Positions 28,682-38,962 of a stretch of 64,000 bases of DNA are shown one piece after another (the stretch's first letter is position 1; each line of letters opens with the position of its first letter). This DNA is from an uncultured delta proteobacterium (GTDB taxonomy: Bacteria; Desulfobacterota; Binatia; UBA9968): NCBI GenBank assembly GCA_963816145.1, contig CAWFJP010000003.1:640001-704000 (forward strand), written 5' to 3'. The position numbers were made by a program, and so were the translations under genes. The notes beneath the pieces are model-generated. The model saw nothing but the letters and a program-made list of their open reading frames with translations, ran no database searches and was not told where the DNA came from.

Positions 28682-29758
28682 ATGAATAAAGTTGAACCCA
28701 AAGGCGCCGTGCACTGGATCGATCATTACGTCGTCGGCACTAACAACATGAGCGCATGGGTCGACTGGGCGGTGAACTCCACCGGCATCACCCGCCAGCC
28801 GATCATCGGGCTCACCACCGCCGCACGCAAACGCAACATCAAGATCACCAGCTTCCTCTGGTGGAACGGCGGCTCCTGCCGCATCGGCGCGTTTCTCCAG
28901 CCCGAGTTTTATCCGCCGGCAAAAGAGCTCGGCAAGGATTTGCCGCGCTGCGGCTTTTACATTCGGCCCGAAGACGTCGACAAACATTTGCGCCGCCTCG
29001 ACCGCCACAAGGTTCCCCATACCGACGCGATTCGCACCGCCGCCGATGGCGACGAGGGCACGGTGATTTATTTCGCCGATCCGGACGGCAATCAGTACGA
29101 GCTCTGGGCGCCGGTAGAAATGCCGCAAGGTGCCATGGAGATCGCCACTGAAGAAGGCGTCGGCCGCATCAGCCATGCGGTTTTCGGCGCCCGCGATCTG
29201 GTCAGGAACGCCGCCTTCTTCGAACAATACTGCGGCATCGCGCCTGAACAAAACTCCAAGACCGCCGAGGGAACACTGGTGTTGCGTCTGCGCGCCGGCG
29301 GCCGCCTGGTCTACAAGCTGGTCGATCAAGTCGACGAGCGCTGCTCCGGCCATGGTACCTGGTGGGACATGCACACGGCGCTGACCGTGCGCCAGGAAGA
29401 GTTTTTGCCAGACTACCGGCGCATGTGGGACGGCATTCCTGAAGAGAAAGGCTACAAAGCCGACCTCAATCTGACCATCGAAGAGCAAGAAGCCCTGCCC
29501 GCGCGCACCGGTCTGCACCGCAGCCCCGTCGGCATCCGCTGGAAAGAGATCTGCAGCCGTGGCGACGAATTCTACGACTGGGACTGCCACTCTTTCCATT
29601 TCATCGGTGGCAAACCGTTGGCAGCTAATGGCTCAATGGCGCTTTACGAAGCCATCGAACAAGAAGACTACCTGCTGGAGCTAGCCCAGTCGCTCAACAA
29701 AGCCGACCAACCAGATCTGATGAAAGGATTGGGTAAAGACAATCCGTTCAACGTCTAG
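28682..29758 (+). CDS. Two-domain VOC family protein with a C-terminal extension
   Basis: IDHYVV, YFADPDGNQYE, ISHAVF and MHTAL motifs. Confidence 0.8.
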   Translation: MNKVEPKGAVHWIDHYVVGTNNMSAWVDWAVNSTGITRQPIIGLTTAARKRNIKITSFLWWNGGSCRIGAFLQPEFYPPAKELGKDLPRCGFYIRPEDVDKHLRRLDRHKVPHTDAIRTAADGDEGTVIYFADPDGNQYELWAPVEMPQGAMEIATEEGVGRISHAVFGARDLVRNAAFFEQYCGIAPEQNSKTAEGTLVLRLRAGGRLVYKLVDQVDERCSGHGTWWDMHTALTVRQEEFLPDYRRMWDGIPEEKGYKADLNLTIEEQEALPARTGLHRSPVGIRWKEICSRGDEFYDWDCHSFHFIGGKPLAANGSMALYEAIEQEDYLLELAQSLNKADQPDLMKGLGKDNPFNV

Positions 29759-29784
29759 AAAGATCTCTGCATCGGTCCTGTCCC

Positions 29785-29828
29785 AACGATTGGAACAACT
29801 GGAACATTTTGAACGATTGGAACGAACG
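29785..29828 (+). repeat. Nonamer tandem repeat (TTGGAACNN)
   Basis: aacgattggaacaactggaacattttgaacgattggaacgaac. Confidence 0.8.
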
Positions 29829-29901
29829 AGGGGTAACCCGGATGACGTACGATCGAAGCCGGCAAAGCCATTTTGATCTCGAAAAATAAGAAAAGAAATT
29901 T

Positions 29902-30717
29902 ATGGCAAATCATATTCACGGACCGCTCTACTACGAACGGATGGGACGCACCGGACCGGTCATCGCATTCGTCCATCCCAACCCGATGGATCAGTCTTGC
30001 TGGATTTTTCAGATGGCCCATCTCTCGACTTGGTACCGCTGCATCGCCATCGATATTCCAGGCTACGGCCGTTCGCCCAAAGCCGACGCTGGATTGACCA
30101 TGGACGATATGGCCCAGGCTTGTTGGGAAGCCATCGACGACGTGGCGCCCGGCGAGAAAGCGATTCTGGCGGGCTGCTCGGTGGGCTCGTCGATCGCGCC
30201 TTACATGTATCACCAACGGCCGGACAAAACCGCTGCAATGGTGTTATGCGGCACCGGTTATAATCCGGCCAAGGAATTCACCAAGAAGCGCATCGATAAT
30301 TACAGCGCGGAAGGAATCGCTTACCGCTGGCGCTATGCCTTCGAAGACATGAGCGCGGCGTTTCGCGTGACCCCGATGGCGCATTTTTTCGCCAACATGT
30401 TCACCGAGCGCAACGATCACGCCGACGCCGAGACGATCATCCACCAGTTCCGCGCTCTCGCCACAGCCTATCCCGAAGGCCATCACGACCGCATCGCCTG
30501 CCCGATGATCATCCTCACCGGCAGCGAAGACGGCAGCCATGCGGGCTCCTTCGCGCTGCAAGCTCGCGTCCCCAACTGCGAGTTGAAAGTCTTACCCGGC
30601 GCCGGCCACGCCTGTCAGATCGAGCAGCCTTGGTTGTTCAATCGTTTCATGATCGAGTTTCTCGACAAACATGGCTTATTCCCTGGCGCGGTTAAACCAG
30701 CGAAGTCGGTTGTCTGA
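29902..30717 (+). CDS. Alpha/beta fold hydrolase
   Basis: DIPGYGRS, nucleophile elbow GCSVG, TGSED and PGAGH motifs. Confidence 0.9.
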   Translation: MANHIHGPLYYERMGRTGPVIAFVHPNPMDQSCWIFQMAHLSTWYRCIAIDIPGYGRSPKADAGLTMDDMAQACWEAIDDVAPGEKAILAGCSVGSSIAPYMYHQRPDKTAAMVLCGTGYNPAKEFTKKRIDNYSAEGIAYRWRYAFEDMSAAFRVTPMAHFFANMFTERNDHADAETIIHQFRALATAYPEGHHDRIACPMIILTGSEDGSHAGSFALQARVPNCELKVLPGAGHACQIEQPWLFNRFMIEFLDKHGLFPGAVKPAKSVV

Positions 30718-30768
30718 CCTCTTGGGTAAATCGGCTCTACGAAATCAAGTCCGATGACAGACTAACTT

Positions 30769-31302
30769 CTAGCGCATAAAAATCTTCTGATATTCTTTCT
30801 TCTTTTCGGCAAACCCCTTGGTGTCGAAATCTTCCATGTCGATCAATTTGACCTTGTCGATTTCGGGAATCGGGGGATAGACGCCTTTGCGATTAACCGA
30901 CTCGCCGTTCTTGGCCATGATCCGCATGCTTTCATCGCCAAGGAAGAAATCGATGAAGGCTTTGCCCGCGTTGGTATGCGGCGCTTTCTTGCTCAGCGTG
31001 AGGTAATGGCTGCTGCCCATCATCGTCGGCAGCCGCAGATAATCCATCGGTGCCCCCTTCTGGCCGAAAGTGACGACGTTGATCAACAAGGTAATCGCCA
31101 ATGACGCTTCGCCGGTACTGGCGCGGTCCGCGGCGACCAAGAAAGCTTCCACCAACGACGGCTTGCTCGCCGCCAGATCGGCGGTAAATTTCGCCGCCCG
31201 CTCCCTACCCATGACTTTGTACAAGCTTTCGAACCAGCGCAGCGTCGAAGTGTCCTGACTCGGATCGGGCATAGCGATCTTTCCGCGAAACTGCGGCTTC
31301 AA
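30769..31302 (-). pseudogene. 5'-truncated extracellular solute-binding protein (iron/thiamine AfuA-like cluster)
   Basis: Starts mid-protein at LKPQFRGKIAMPDP; KKAPHTNAGKAFIDF motif; no signal peptide or N-terminal lobe. Confidence 0.75.
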
Positions 31303-31303
31303 A

Positions 31304-31651
31304 ATCGAAGACGAGGAAACCGCTTTGATCCCGCTCTACGAGTCCAGAACTGAAAATGTGCCCGGCGGCGCCGTCGAGCTGTTCACCGGCGAACATACCA
31401 AGCTCACCGGCTTCATCACCGAGTTTCATCAGACTCTCGCGAAACTTAATGGCAAATCCGCGCCTCAGCTAAAGCTCGACATCATCAAACTGTTCGACCG
31501 TGAAGCGATCTGCAAAGGATTGGTCGAACACCACCACGCACGCGAGGAAAACATCTTGTTCCCCTGGCTCGATACGGTTACATCAAGGGAAGAACGCATC
31601 GCCCGGCTCGCAGGCTGCGCGAGTTTGCAGGCTTGGCGAGCGGCGCAATGA
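31304..31651 (+). pseudogene. 5'-truncated hemerythrin-domain protein
   Basis: IEDEE..LIPLYE, GEH and HHHAREENILFP motifs; N-terminal His ligands missing. Confidence 0.75.
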
Positions 31652-31785
31652 ATCGTTTAAGGTTCAAGGGTTCAAAAGTTCCAGGGCGGATCGGGACTCT
31701 GGCAATTGGTACCGAGGAACTAAACGACCCTACTTTTTAGGTTTATGAGTTCTGAACGGGCGGCTGGAAGTCGTCTCTTCCATCC

Positions 31786-31867
31786 GTCATTCCGGCGCAG
31801 GCCGGAATCCAGGCTTTGGTTTTCGAATTAAAATCGAACTTGGATGCCGGTCTGCGCCGGCATGACA
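31786..31867. repeat. GTCATTCCGGCG..GGAATCC palindromic (RPE/REP-like) doublet
   Basis: gtcattccggcgcaggccggaatccag ... ggatgccggtctgcgccggcatgac. Confidence 0.85.
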
Positions 31868-32034
31868 TGTCTTCTTCGCCCAAAGCATGCCCGGCGCGTC
31901 GTCGAAGGGCTAAGAAATATCTACCATCCCCGAGAGAGTCAGTAAGAGTCTCGACAGAACCGGTGACTTCGAGTAATTGAAGGTTGATGGTAGACAATAT
32001 CGTTCGACGAGGCGCCGCCACCAAGGAGTGATCC

Positions 32035-33030
32035 ATGAGTCCTTTTAGCTTTGTGATTCTCGCTTTCGTATTGGCAACCTCCACACCCAACGCCGCGCTC
32101 GGCGCCACCAAGCTCACCATTGGCCACTCGACGATCAATCCACGCATCGCGCCGCTGTGGATCGCCCAGGAAAAGGGCTTCTTGCAAAAATATGGCATCG
32201 ACGCGACCCTGGTGTTTGTCCGCAACACGCCACTGATGATCGCCGCCATGAAAGCTGGCACGATCCCCATCGCCTACGGCGGCGGCAGCGGTATCTTGGG
32301 CGCTTCGGTGACCGAGTCGGACCTGCGCGTCTTGGCGACGTTTACCGGCAAGATGACCAACAACGTAGTCGCCCGCCCAGGAATCAAGACGGCCAAAGAT
32401 TTGCGCGGCAAGATTCTCGGCATTCAAGGCGTCGGCGGCACCAACTGGATGGCCGCGCTGCTCTGGCTGGAGGCACTTGGCCTCGACCTGCGCCGAGACA
32501 ATATCATTCTGCAAGGTACGGGCGAACAGGTGGTGCGCGCCCAAGCGCTCGAATCCGGCAAGGTCGACGCCGCGGTGATCGACATGGCGTTCAGCAAGAA
32601 GCTCGAACAGCGCGGTTTCAACGTCATCGGCGACGCGCTAAAGACCGACATTCCGTTCACCGGCGTCGACATCGTCACCACGCGTGGCTTCATCAACGAC
32701 CAATCGCCGCTGATCGAGAACATGATCAGAGCCTTACTGGAGAGCCTGGCCTACATGATGGCGCCGAAAAACCAAAACGCCGTGGTCGAGCTGATCATGA
32801 AAAAACTCCGCCTCAAAGACAGCGTCACCGCCGAAGAAGGCTACCACGATGCGGTCCGCACCATGGCGCGCAAGCCCTACCCGGCCGTCGAAGGCATGCG
32901 CAACGTCCAGCGCCTGTTGAAAACGCAAAACCCGCGCATCGGCGATGTCAACGTCGAGGATCTTGTTGATAGCCGCTTCATTCGCAAATTGGACGAGAGC
33001 GGTTTTTTCGATCGAATCTATGGCAAATAA
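32035..33030 (+). CDS. ABC substrate-binding protein (SsuA/THI5-like)
   Basis: Signal peptide; WIAQEKGF, DLRGKILG and RKPYP motifs. Confidence 0.9.
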   Translation: MSPFSFVILAFVLATSTPNAALGATKLTIGHSTINPRIAPLWIAQEKGFLQKYGIDATLVFVRNTPLMIAAMKAGTIPIAYGGGSGILGASVTESDLRVLATFTGKMTNNVVARPGIKTAKDLRGKILGIQGVGGTNWMAALLWLEALGLDLRRDNIILQGTGEQVVRAQALESGKVDAAVIDMAFSKKLEQRGFNVIGDALKTDIPFTGVDIVTTRGFINDQSPLIENMIRALLESLAYMMAPKNQNAVVELIMKKLRLKDSVTAEEGYHDAVRTMARKPYPAVEGMRNVQRLLKTQNPRIGDVNVEDLVDSRFIRKLDESGFFDRIYGK

Positions 33031-33224
33031 GCAAAACCTGACAGGGATTCAGATAATGATAAAGGATCAAGGACGATAACGCGCAACCGGATCAAAGGGT
33101 ATGGAAGACGAGACACTTCGTAAGGTACAGAAGGTTCTGGATCGGCCCGCTCAGATCAATGAAGATGAGGTTAGATCTTTGATGAATCTCATTCGGAAGC
33201 GACTGGAATTAGAACCCGAGCCAA

Positions 33225-33346
33225 GTAGATACACACGGGCTTACGCCCGTGGCACTTAAAATGCGAAAACGATTAAAACCCCGCCCCACCTTCGGAGGCA
33301 TTCACCCCGGCCTAACGTCCGGGGTCCTCAGCCGAAGACTTGATAG
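33225..33346. mobile_element. Putative non-autonomous IS200/IS605-like mini-element (two subterminal hairpins, no transposase)
   Basis: Hairpins CACGGGC-ttac-GCCCGTG (33234-33251) and ACCCCGG-cctaacgt-CCGGGGT (33304-33325), ending ..CCGAAGACTTGATAG. Confidence 0.55.
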
Positions 33347-33449
33347 TTCAACCGAGAATTGACGTGTTTGTGTTGGCTCTGTGAACAGTATTCGCCTCGC
33401 GTCGAGAACGGCGTGAGTCAATACGAATGCCTGGCACAGATTGCTTGCG

Positions 33450-36197
33450 TTATGGCGGCGGCTTCGCCGGGGCGCCTTGCAGTGCTTTTTGCAACGCGTC
33501 CATTTCGACTCCGAAGGTACGCCAATCGCCTTTGTTCAATGCCTCGAAGGCTCGCCGGTAGTGGTTTAGAGCTTGGGCATTCGCTGCCGTCGGAGGAAGC
33601 TCAGGTCCGCGAGCGCCAGGCGCCGGCGCCGCTGTCGACGTGACTACGGCTGCCTTCCTGCCCTCCTGCGTGAATAGCGCGGCCAGCAAACTGTCGACAT
33701 CCTGAGCCATGACGACACGATCTCCAGTGGAGGCGATTAGGCGCTTCAACTCCGGCAACTGGCGGCTTTCGGCACTTAAGTACAAGGGCTCGACGTACAG
33801 CAAGGTGTCGTCGATCGGAATCACCAACAGATTACCCCGAATAACGCGGGAGCCAGTCTGGTTCCAAAGCGAAAGCTGCTGAGAGATCGACGTATCCTGA
33901 TCAATGCGCGCCTCGATCTGTGCCGGCCCATAGATGAGCTTCTCCTTGGAAAAGGCAAATTCGATCACCTTGCCGTAGTTGGCGCCGTCGCAGCGCGCGG
34001 CCAACCAGGCGATCATGTTATCGCGATTGTTAGGCACCATCGGCAGCATCAAAATAAACTCCTCGCGCGGCTCCCCCGGCAATCGCATAATCGTGTAATA
34101 CGGCTGCATCGTGGTATTTTGCGCTTTGTGGTTCTCCTTCGGAAAACTCCACAAGTCTTCCTTGTTGTAGAACACCTCGGCATCCTTCATGTGGTAGGTG
34201 CCGTACACGCCTGCTTGAATTATAAAAAGATCTTCCGGGTAACGGATGTGCGCGCGTAACGACGCCGGCATAGAATCGAGCGGCTGAAACAGAGTCGGGA
34301 AAATGCGCTGGTAAGTGAGCACGATCGGATCTTTTGGGTCGGCAATATAAAAAACCGTGTTGCCGTCGTAGGCATCAATCGAGACCTTCACCGAGTTGCG
34401 GATATAGTTGATAAGGCCGGCGCCGTTTTGTTGGGAGTAAGGCAGTGAGTCGCTGATGGTGTAAGCGTCCTGCAACCAGATCAAGCGCCCGTCATTTACG
34501 ACTAGATAAGGATCGCGATCGAGACGGAGGAAAGGCGCGATCCGTTGGATGCGGTCCTGAATGATCCGGCGAAAGAGAATCTTGCTCGTCGCGGTAACGT
34601 TGTCGCTAATGAGCAACTTGAAATCGCCGAGGGACCAGGCAAATAACGCGCGCGTCCACAGACTGCGTAAGGACACGCCGTCGCGGCCTTCGTAAACGTT
34701 GTAGACATTTTCCTGACCCTTAGCATAGTCAAATTCTTTGGTGCCGCCGCCAACCACCACATAGTTGCGAGTCTCCTCGCCGAAATAGATCTCCGGACGG
34801 TTGATACGCAACTCCGGCGGACCGACGGGGGGAATGTCTTTAACGTAAAAAACCGGTAGCCCTTCCTCGTCGAAGCGATTCACAGGAGTCATTGCGACAC
34901 CGTTGCCGTGGGTAAACTTGAAGCGCTGGTTGATCCAGGTCTGCGCGTCGACCGGCAGTTTCGACTGATTCAACTCTCGGGCGGATAGCAAGACTTGCCG
35001 GTAGCTCCCGTCGACGGTGTAACGATCGACATCGATGTCGTGGAAGTTGTAGTAGAGCCGGATTTCCTGCAACTGCCGGTAGGTATCCAACAGAGGGCGG
35101 GGATCCCACCAGCGAATATTCTGGATCGTCGCTTGGTTGGCAGCGATCAGCTCCGGCGTGAGTTTCCCTTTTGCCGGAAACGGCGCGCTGGTGATGTGAT
35201 CGAGAGCGAAACCATATCGGGTGAATTCGATGTTACGGGCAATGTAGCGCGACTCCAGCTTTAACTCGTCCGGCTTGACCCAATAGCTTTGAAACAGACT
35301 GGGCACGATCGTTTGCCCAATCGACACGGCGAAGACAATGATTATCGCCGTAACGGGCAGGCGGATAGCGGCACGCCAGACATTGTACGCGCATATAGCC
35401 GCCCCTATCAGTGCCGCGCCTGCTAAACCTATCAACAGCGGCAAGCGTAGGTGGACGTCGGTATAGGCGGCGCCGAAGACGATCCCATTATTGCTGGTCA
35501 GGAGATCGTAACGCTGGAGAAGATAGCTGCCCGCTTTGACGAAAAAAAACAATGCCAGCAGCGCGGAAAGGTGGCGAATCGCCGCGGCGCTTAGCGCGGG
35601 CAATCCCGTCTGCTGATAGTCGATACCGCCGCGTAGCAGATAGATGGCGACTGCGCTGGCGCCGCTCAGAAAAATTATTAAAAGTCCCCAATCTTTGAGC
35701 AGCTCGTAAACCGGAAGCGAAAATACATAAAACCCGAGGTCATTGCCGAATAACGGATCGGACCGTCCGAAGGGGGCAGCGTAGTACCACTTAAGAATGA
35801 CGTCCCAGTTACTTGTTTGGGCCAAACCGATAAACACGCCGACAATTAAAGCAGCCGTCGTAATGATCAGCCGCAACGGCAGATTGTCTAGCGAAAGTTC
35901 AATAACCTCAGGGAGCCCTTGAGCACCGCGACCGACAATTCTGAAATTATGCGGTCGACTCGGTCCCGCGCTGGTCATTCCCGTGGCGATGAAGCCGTTG
36001 AGCAGTAGGATTGCGGTTGAGAGCCCGGTCGCGACGACGAACACGGCGAGCACTGTGAGCCAGGTGGTGGTGAAGACGTTGCGGAATCCCAGTGAGCTGA
36101 ACCATAACAGATCGACGAAGAAGCGGCTGAATACGAAGAATATCACCAACACCGCAACGATCGACGCCGCAACTATGAGGGAGCCCTTTTTCACCAT
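33450..36197 (-). CDS. UPF0182 family membrane protein
   Basis: DLLWF..LGF, DPLFGNDLGFYVF.LP, NIRWWDPRPL, YIRNSVK and RYPEDLF motifs. Confidence 0.95.
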   Translation of the reverse strand: MVKKGSLIVAASIVAVLVIFFVFSRFFVDLLWFSSLGFRNVFTTTWLTVLAVFVVATGLSTAILLLNGFIATGMTSAGPSRPHNFRIVGRGAQGLPEVIELSLDNLPLRLIITTAALIVGVFIGLAQTSNWDVILKWYYAAPFGRSDPLFGNDLGFYVFSLPVYELLKDWGLLIIFLSGASAVAIYLLRGGIDYQQTGLPALSAAAIRHLSALLALFFFVKAGSYLLQRYDLLTSNNGIVFGAAYTDVHLRLPLLIGLAGAALIGAAICAYNVWRAAIRLPVTAIIIVFAVSIGQTIVPSLFQSYWVKPDELKLESRYIARNIEFTRYGFALDHITSAPFPAKGKLTPELIAANQATIQNIRWWDPRPLLDTYRQLQEIRLYYNFHDIDVDRYTVDGSYRQVLLSARELNQSKLPVDAQTWINQRFKFTHGNGVAMTPVNRFDEEGLPVFYVKDIPPVGPPELRINRPEIYFGEETRNYVVVGGGTKEFDYAKGQENVYNVYEGRDGVSLRSLWTRALFAWSLGDFKLLISDNVTATSKILFRRIIQDRIQRIAPFLRLDRDPYLVVNDGRLIWLQDAYTISDSLPYSQQNGAGLINYIRNSVKVSIDAYDGNTVFYIADPKDPIVLTYQRIFPTLFQPLDSMPASLRAHIRYPEDLFIIQAGVYGTYHMKDAEVFYNKEDLWSFPKENHKAQNTTMQPYYTIMRLPGEPREEFILMLPMVPNNRDNMIAWLAARCDGANYGKVIEFAFSKEKLIYGPAQIEARIDQDTSISQQLSLWNQTGSRVIRGNLLVIPIDDTLLYVEPLYLSAESRQLPELKRLIASTGDRVVMAQDVDSLLAALFTQEGRKAAVVTSTAAPAPGARGPELPPTAANAQALNHYRRAFEALNKGDWRTFGVEMDALQKALQGAPAKPPP

Positions 36198-36363
36198 TAA
36201 ATATCTCCGTCGGATCGGACTTTAGGTATATAGAACAATGAGCCAAGAAGGAAGGCATTTAGAGAGATCAGTCGAGCCGACGGGCCGCAACTGGAGCTAA
36301 CTATCCAACTTGGTCGTTATCCGTCACCGCACCCTTACGTGAAATGGGTGCGAGACATTCGTA

Positions 36364-36717
36364 TTGACGCGCGGTTTCATCGCCGACCAACCGGTGCTGA
36401 TCGAAAACATAATCAAGGCGTTGCTGGAAAGCCTGCCCTACATGATGGCGGCGAAAAACCACAACGCCGTGGTCGACCAGATCATGAAAAAACTCCGGAT
36501 CAAAGACACCGGTGCCGCCGATAAAGGGTGCCGCGACGCGGTCCGAACCATGGCGCGCAAGCCCTACCCGACCGTCGAAGGCATGCGCAACGTCCAACGC
36601 TTGTTAAATACCCAGAACCCGCGCATCGGTGAGGTCAAGGTCGAGGGTCCTGTCGATAACCGCTACATTCGCAAATTAGACGAGAGCGGCTTTTTCCAGC
36701 AGATTTATGGGAAATGA
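36364..36717 (+). pseudogene. 3' remnant of an SBP paralog of 32035..33030
   Basis: Protein closely matches the C-terminal third of the 32035 SBP (DAVRTMARKPYP.VEGMRNVQRLL). Confidence 0.85.
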
Positions 36718-37018
36718 CCAAAGTCTGAAACAACGGTGACGCTTGTCAGTTCGATCCACCAGGATTGGCTATTCAGCGGCTATAGGATCCATTTTCTCAC
36801 CAATCGCCGGCTGTTCCTCATGCCATCCAAGCCTGCTAATTCGACTGACTGAATGAGTGCTGCAGCCTCATCAGACCCTATTTTGATTGATTGACTTTTT
36901 CGGGTCTTTACGAAAAGCCTGCGTTCAGCGCCATACCTTTGTTGACGATACAGATCTAAATCGACTACCATTCTGACCATCGCAATTCGGACCAACTCTA
37001 CAGAGACAGATTTCCCCA

Positions 37019-38962
37019 ATGACACAACAAGATTCGATCCCCCGTATCACCGTGCAGCCCGCGCGCGGTTTCGTCGCGTTTGGCGACGACGAGATTGAAC
37101 AATCAATTCCGCAGCGATTCGAGCAGCAGGTGCAGGTGGATGGCAGTCGCGTGGCGATAAAATCAGACCGGGAGATCTACACGTTTGATTCACTCAATCG
37201 GACCGCCAACCGTTTAGCGCGGGAGATACTGAAGCGATGCGGCAGCACGGAGGAGCCGATCGCCCTGCTCTTCGATCATGGCGCCGCGGTTCTGGTGGCG
37301 ATCATGGCGGTGTTAAAAGCTGGAAAGTTTTACGTCGCCTTGGATGCGAGCTATCCACGAGATCGTTTGAAATACATGCTGCAAGATTCCGGCGCCAAAC
37401 TCATCGTCACCGACCCAAACAACATCGCCGTCGTAAGAGATCTCTGTGACGACTCCTTGGAGATTGTCGATTTCACGAATCCGGATGTAAGTCTTACCGA
37501 TCACGATCTGGGCATAACTCCGAAGCCGGACAGCCTCGCGCTGCTGCTTTATACCTCGGGCTCCACTGGACAGCCGAAGGGAGCGATGCACACCCATCGC
37601 AATGTGCTCGTCGACGTGCGCAATCTCACCAATGGCTGGGGTGTGAGCGCGGAGGATCGCTGGTTGTTGCACACCTCGGTCAGTTTCGCGAACTCAGTGC
37701 GGACGATTTTCAGCTCGCTCCTAAACGGCGGCTCGATCTATCCCTACGACATAAAGGCGACCGGCTTCGGTGAGTTGCCCAATTTGCTGGTGACAAGCGA
37801 GATCACCATTGTCCGCACTGTGCCAACCACCTTTCGCGACTTTATGGGCACGTTGAAAAGCGACCAGAAGTTTCCATCGGTTCGAGTGTTATCGGTCGGC
37901 GGAGAACCGATGCTGCGAGATGATCTCCACTATTTTAATCGCCACTTTCTAGGCCATTGCGTCTTAGCCCATGCCCTCGGACCGACCGAGTGCTTGACCG
38001 TTTGTTGGGCGCTGATCCCACATGGAACTCACATAACAGAGACTAAATTGCCAATAGGCTATCCTCTTAAGGACAAAGATGTGCTGGTGCTCGACAATAA
38101 TCGAAGAGAACTCAGCGACGGTGAAGTTGGCGAATTAGCGGTCAAGAGTCGCTATATCTCGCTGGGATACTGGCGCGATCCTGAGCGAACTCAGTCAATG
38201 TTCTTACCTGATCCAGCCGGCACCGCCGCACGGATTTACCTAACCGGCGACCTCGGCATCAGAAGAGCGGACGGGTGCTTGGTCCACATTGGCCGTGAGG
38301 ACTTCCAGGTAAAGATCCGAGGCTTTCGAATTGACGTTGCAGAAGTTGAAATCGCCCTACGCGCCATCGAAGAAGTCGCGGATGCCGTCGTAGTTGGGCG
38401 GCAAGACGAGGCCGGCACACAAAGGCTGGTTGCTTATTTCGTGCCGGCGACCCATCCGCCTGTCACGATTACCAAGCTTCGTCAAAATCTCGCTCATATA
38501 TTACCCGACTACATGATTCCGTCATCATTTGTTTTTCTGAATGCGCTTCCGCAGACTCCGAACGGAAAAACGGATCGGCTTCGTCTGCCGTCTCCACCTC
38601 GAACCCGACCTGATCTGGACAATATATTCGTAGCACCAGGGACGATGACCGAGATAGAGCTTTCGAAAATATGGTCCGAAGTCCTAGGTATCGATCAGTT
38701 AGGAATCAATGACAATTTTTTCGAATTGGGCGGCGACTCCTTGATGGCGACGCGGATCGTCGCCGGGATAATGAAGAAATATAGTGCCGATCTGCCGATC
38801 AGGACCTTGTTTGATATCCCGACAATAGCCCAGCAAGCTGAACAACTATTGCTGTGGCAGACAAAAGCTACCTGCGCGGAAACCCTGGCAAACATTCTAG
38901 ACGAAGTCGAATCCTTGTCCGACGAGGCAATCCACCGCCCTCTCACGGGCGAAAAAAACTAG
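37019..38962 (+). CDS. Stand-alone NRPS-like adenylation-thiolation (A-PCP) didomain protein
   Basis: YTSGSTGQPKG, GPTE, YLTGDLG, QVKIRGFRI, PNGK; carrier motif FFELGGDSL. Confidence 0.9.
   Translation: MTQQDSIPRITVQPARGFVAFGDDEIEQSIPQRFEQQVQVDGSRVAIKSDREIYTFDSLNRTANRLAREILKRCGSTEEPIALLFDHGAAVLVAIMAVLKAGKFYVALDASYPRDRLKYMLQDSGAKLIVTDPNNIAVVRDLCDDSLEIVDFTNPDVSLTDHDLGITPKPDSLALLLYTSGSTGQPKGAMHTHRNVLVDVRNLTNGWGVSAEDRWLLHTSVSFANSVRTIFSSLLNGGSIYPYDIKATGFGELPNLLVTSEITIVRTVPTTFRDFMGTLKSDQKFPSVRVLSVGGEPMLRDDLHYFNRHFLGHCVLAHALGPTECLTVCWALIPHGTHITETKLPIGYPLKDKDVLVLDNNRRELSDGEVGELAVKSRYISLGYWRDPERTQSMFLPDPAGTAARIYLTGDLGIRRADGCLVHIGREDFQVKIRGFRIDVAEVEIALRAIEEVADAVVVGRQDEAGTQRLVAYFVPATHPPVTITKLRQNLAHILPDYMIPSSFVFLNALPQTPNGKTDRLRLPSPPRTRPDLDNIFVAPGTMTEIELSKIWSEVLGIDQLGINDNFFELGGDSLMATRIVAGIMKKYSADLPIRTLFDIPTIAQQAEQLLLWQTKATCAETLANILDEVESLSDEAIHRPLTGEKN

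Noticed and set aside
28594-29828. TTGGAAC repeats as a CRISPR array
   Set aside because: The units are 9 bp tandem with no 25-45 bp unique spacers, and no cas genes are present.
36780-37025. 81-aa minus-strand ORF
   Set aside because: No recognisable motif, and it overlaps the NRPS start; it may be a gene remnant but I cannot support that.
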